From positions 1-25,908 of the forward strand of contig CAMAPH010000040.1 in the NCBI GenBank assembly GCA_945859975.1: a DNA stretch of 25,908 bases, written 5' to 3'. Of this stretch, positions 25,830 to 25,908 are shown piece by piece. Positions within the stretch are counted from its first letter, which is position 1. Each line of letters opens with the position of its first letter. Under the pieces are notes generated by a model. The model searched no databases and had not been told where the DNA came from. It saw nothing but the letters and a program-made list of their open reading frames with translations. The DNA is from Chthonomonas calidirosea (GTDB lineage: Bacteria; Armatimonadota; Fimbriimonadia; Fimbriimonadales; Fimbriimonadaceae). Both the position numbers and the translations under genes were made by a program.

Positions 25830-25908
25830 GTTTTTCCTAGCCCAGCCGGTGTTCGTTGCTTGCCCAAGAATCCGGCAAGCGCAATAACCGTCGCAAGATA
25901 CGGCAGAG
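25826..25908 (-). CDS. ABC transporter permease (nucleoside/sugar type, BPD_transp_2), C-terminal fragment
   Basis: Not in the ORF track. Manual translation gives ...LPYLATVIALAGFLGKQRTPAGLGKT*, matching the 'LPY..T...LAG..G....P..LG' C-terminus of nucleoside ABC permeases. Confidence 0.75.
   Translation of the reverse strand, partial: LPYLATVIALAGFLGKQRTPAGLGKT

Noticed and set aside
25830..25908. In-frame upstream extension of the 24600..25829 ORF to the window edge
   Set aside because: Another frame there encodes a recognisable ABC permease C-terminus whose stop overlaps ATG 25829.

Overview
GC-rich bacterial window; the protein styles suggest Armatimonadota, but that is an impression I cannot verify. 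Most of it is housekeeping or metabolic: TIM-barrel isomerase-like protein, two aldo-keto reductases, TetR-SDR, deaD helicase, DUF2339, a MerR regulator, M24 peptidase, nucleoside hydrolase, mgtE, tilS, ftsH, TPR protein, YfhO-like membrane protein, two tandem ClpS-like genes, S41 peptidase, and the 3' end of a nucleoside-type ABC permease. The standout is a minus-strand operon at the left edge (<1..2802) joined by TGATG overlaps. It encodes an alpha/beta-hydrolase, a caspase-like C14 protease with an intact His-Cys dyad, and an unannotated third gene missing from the ORF track that runs off the window. The hydrolase has an acidic ~114-aa insert bracketed by repeated E-x-L-G motifs. I infer a protease-licensed hydrolase zymogen, a candidate anti-phage or cell-death module. 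Many genes also appear leaderless (-10 hexamer 6-7 nt before the start codon), which corrects several ORF-track starts. No rRNA, tRNA, CRISPR array or mobile element was seen.
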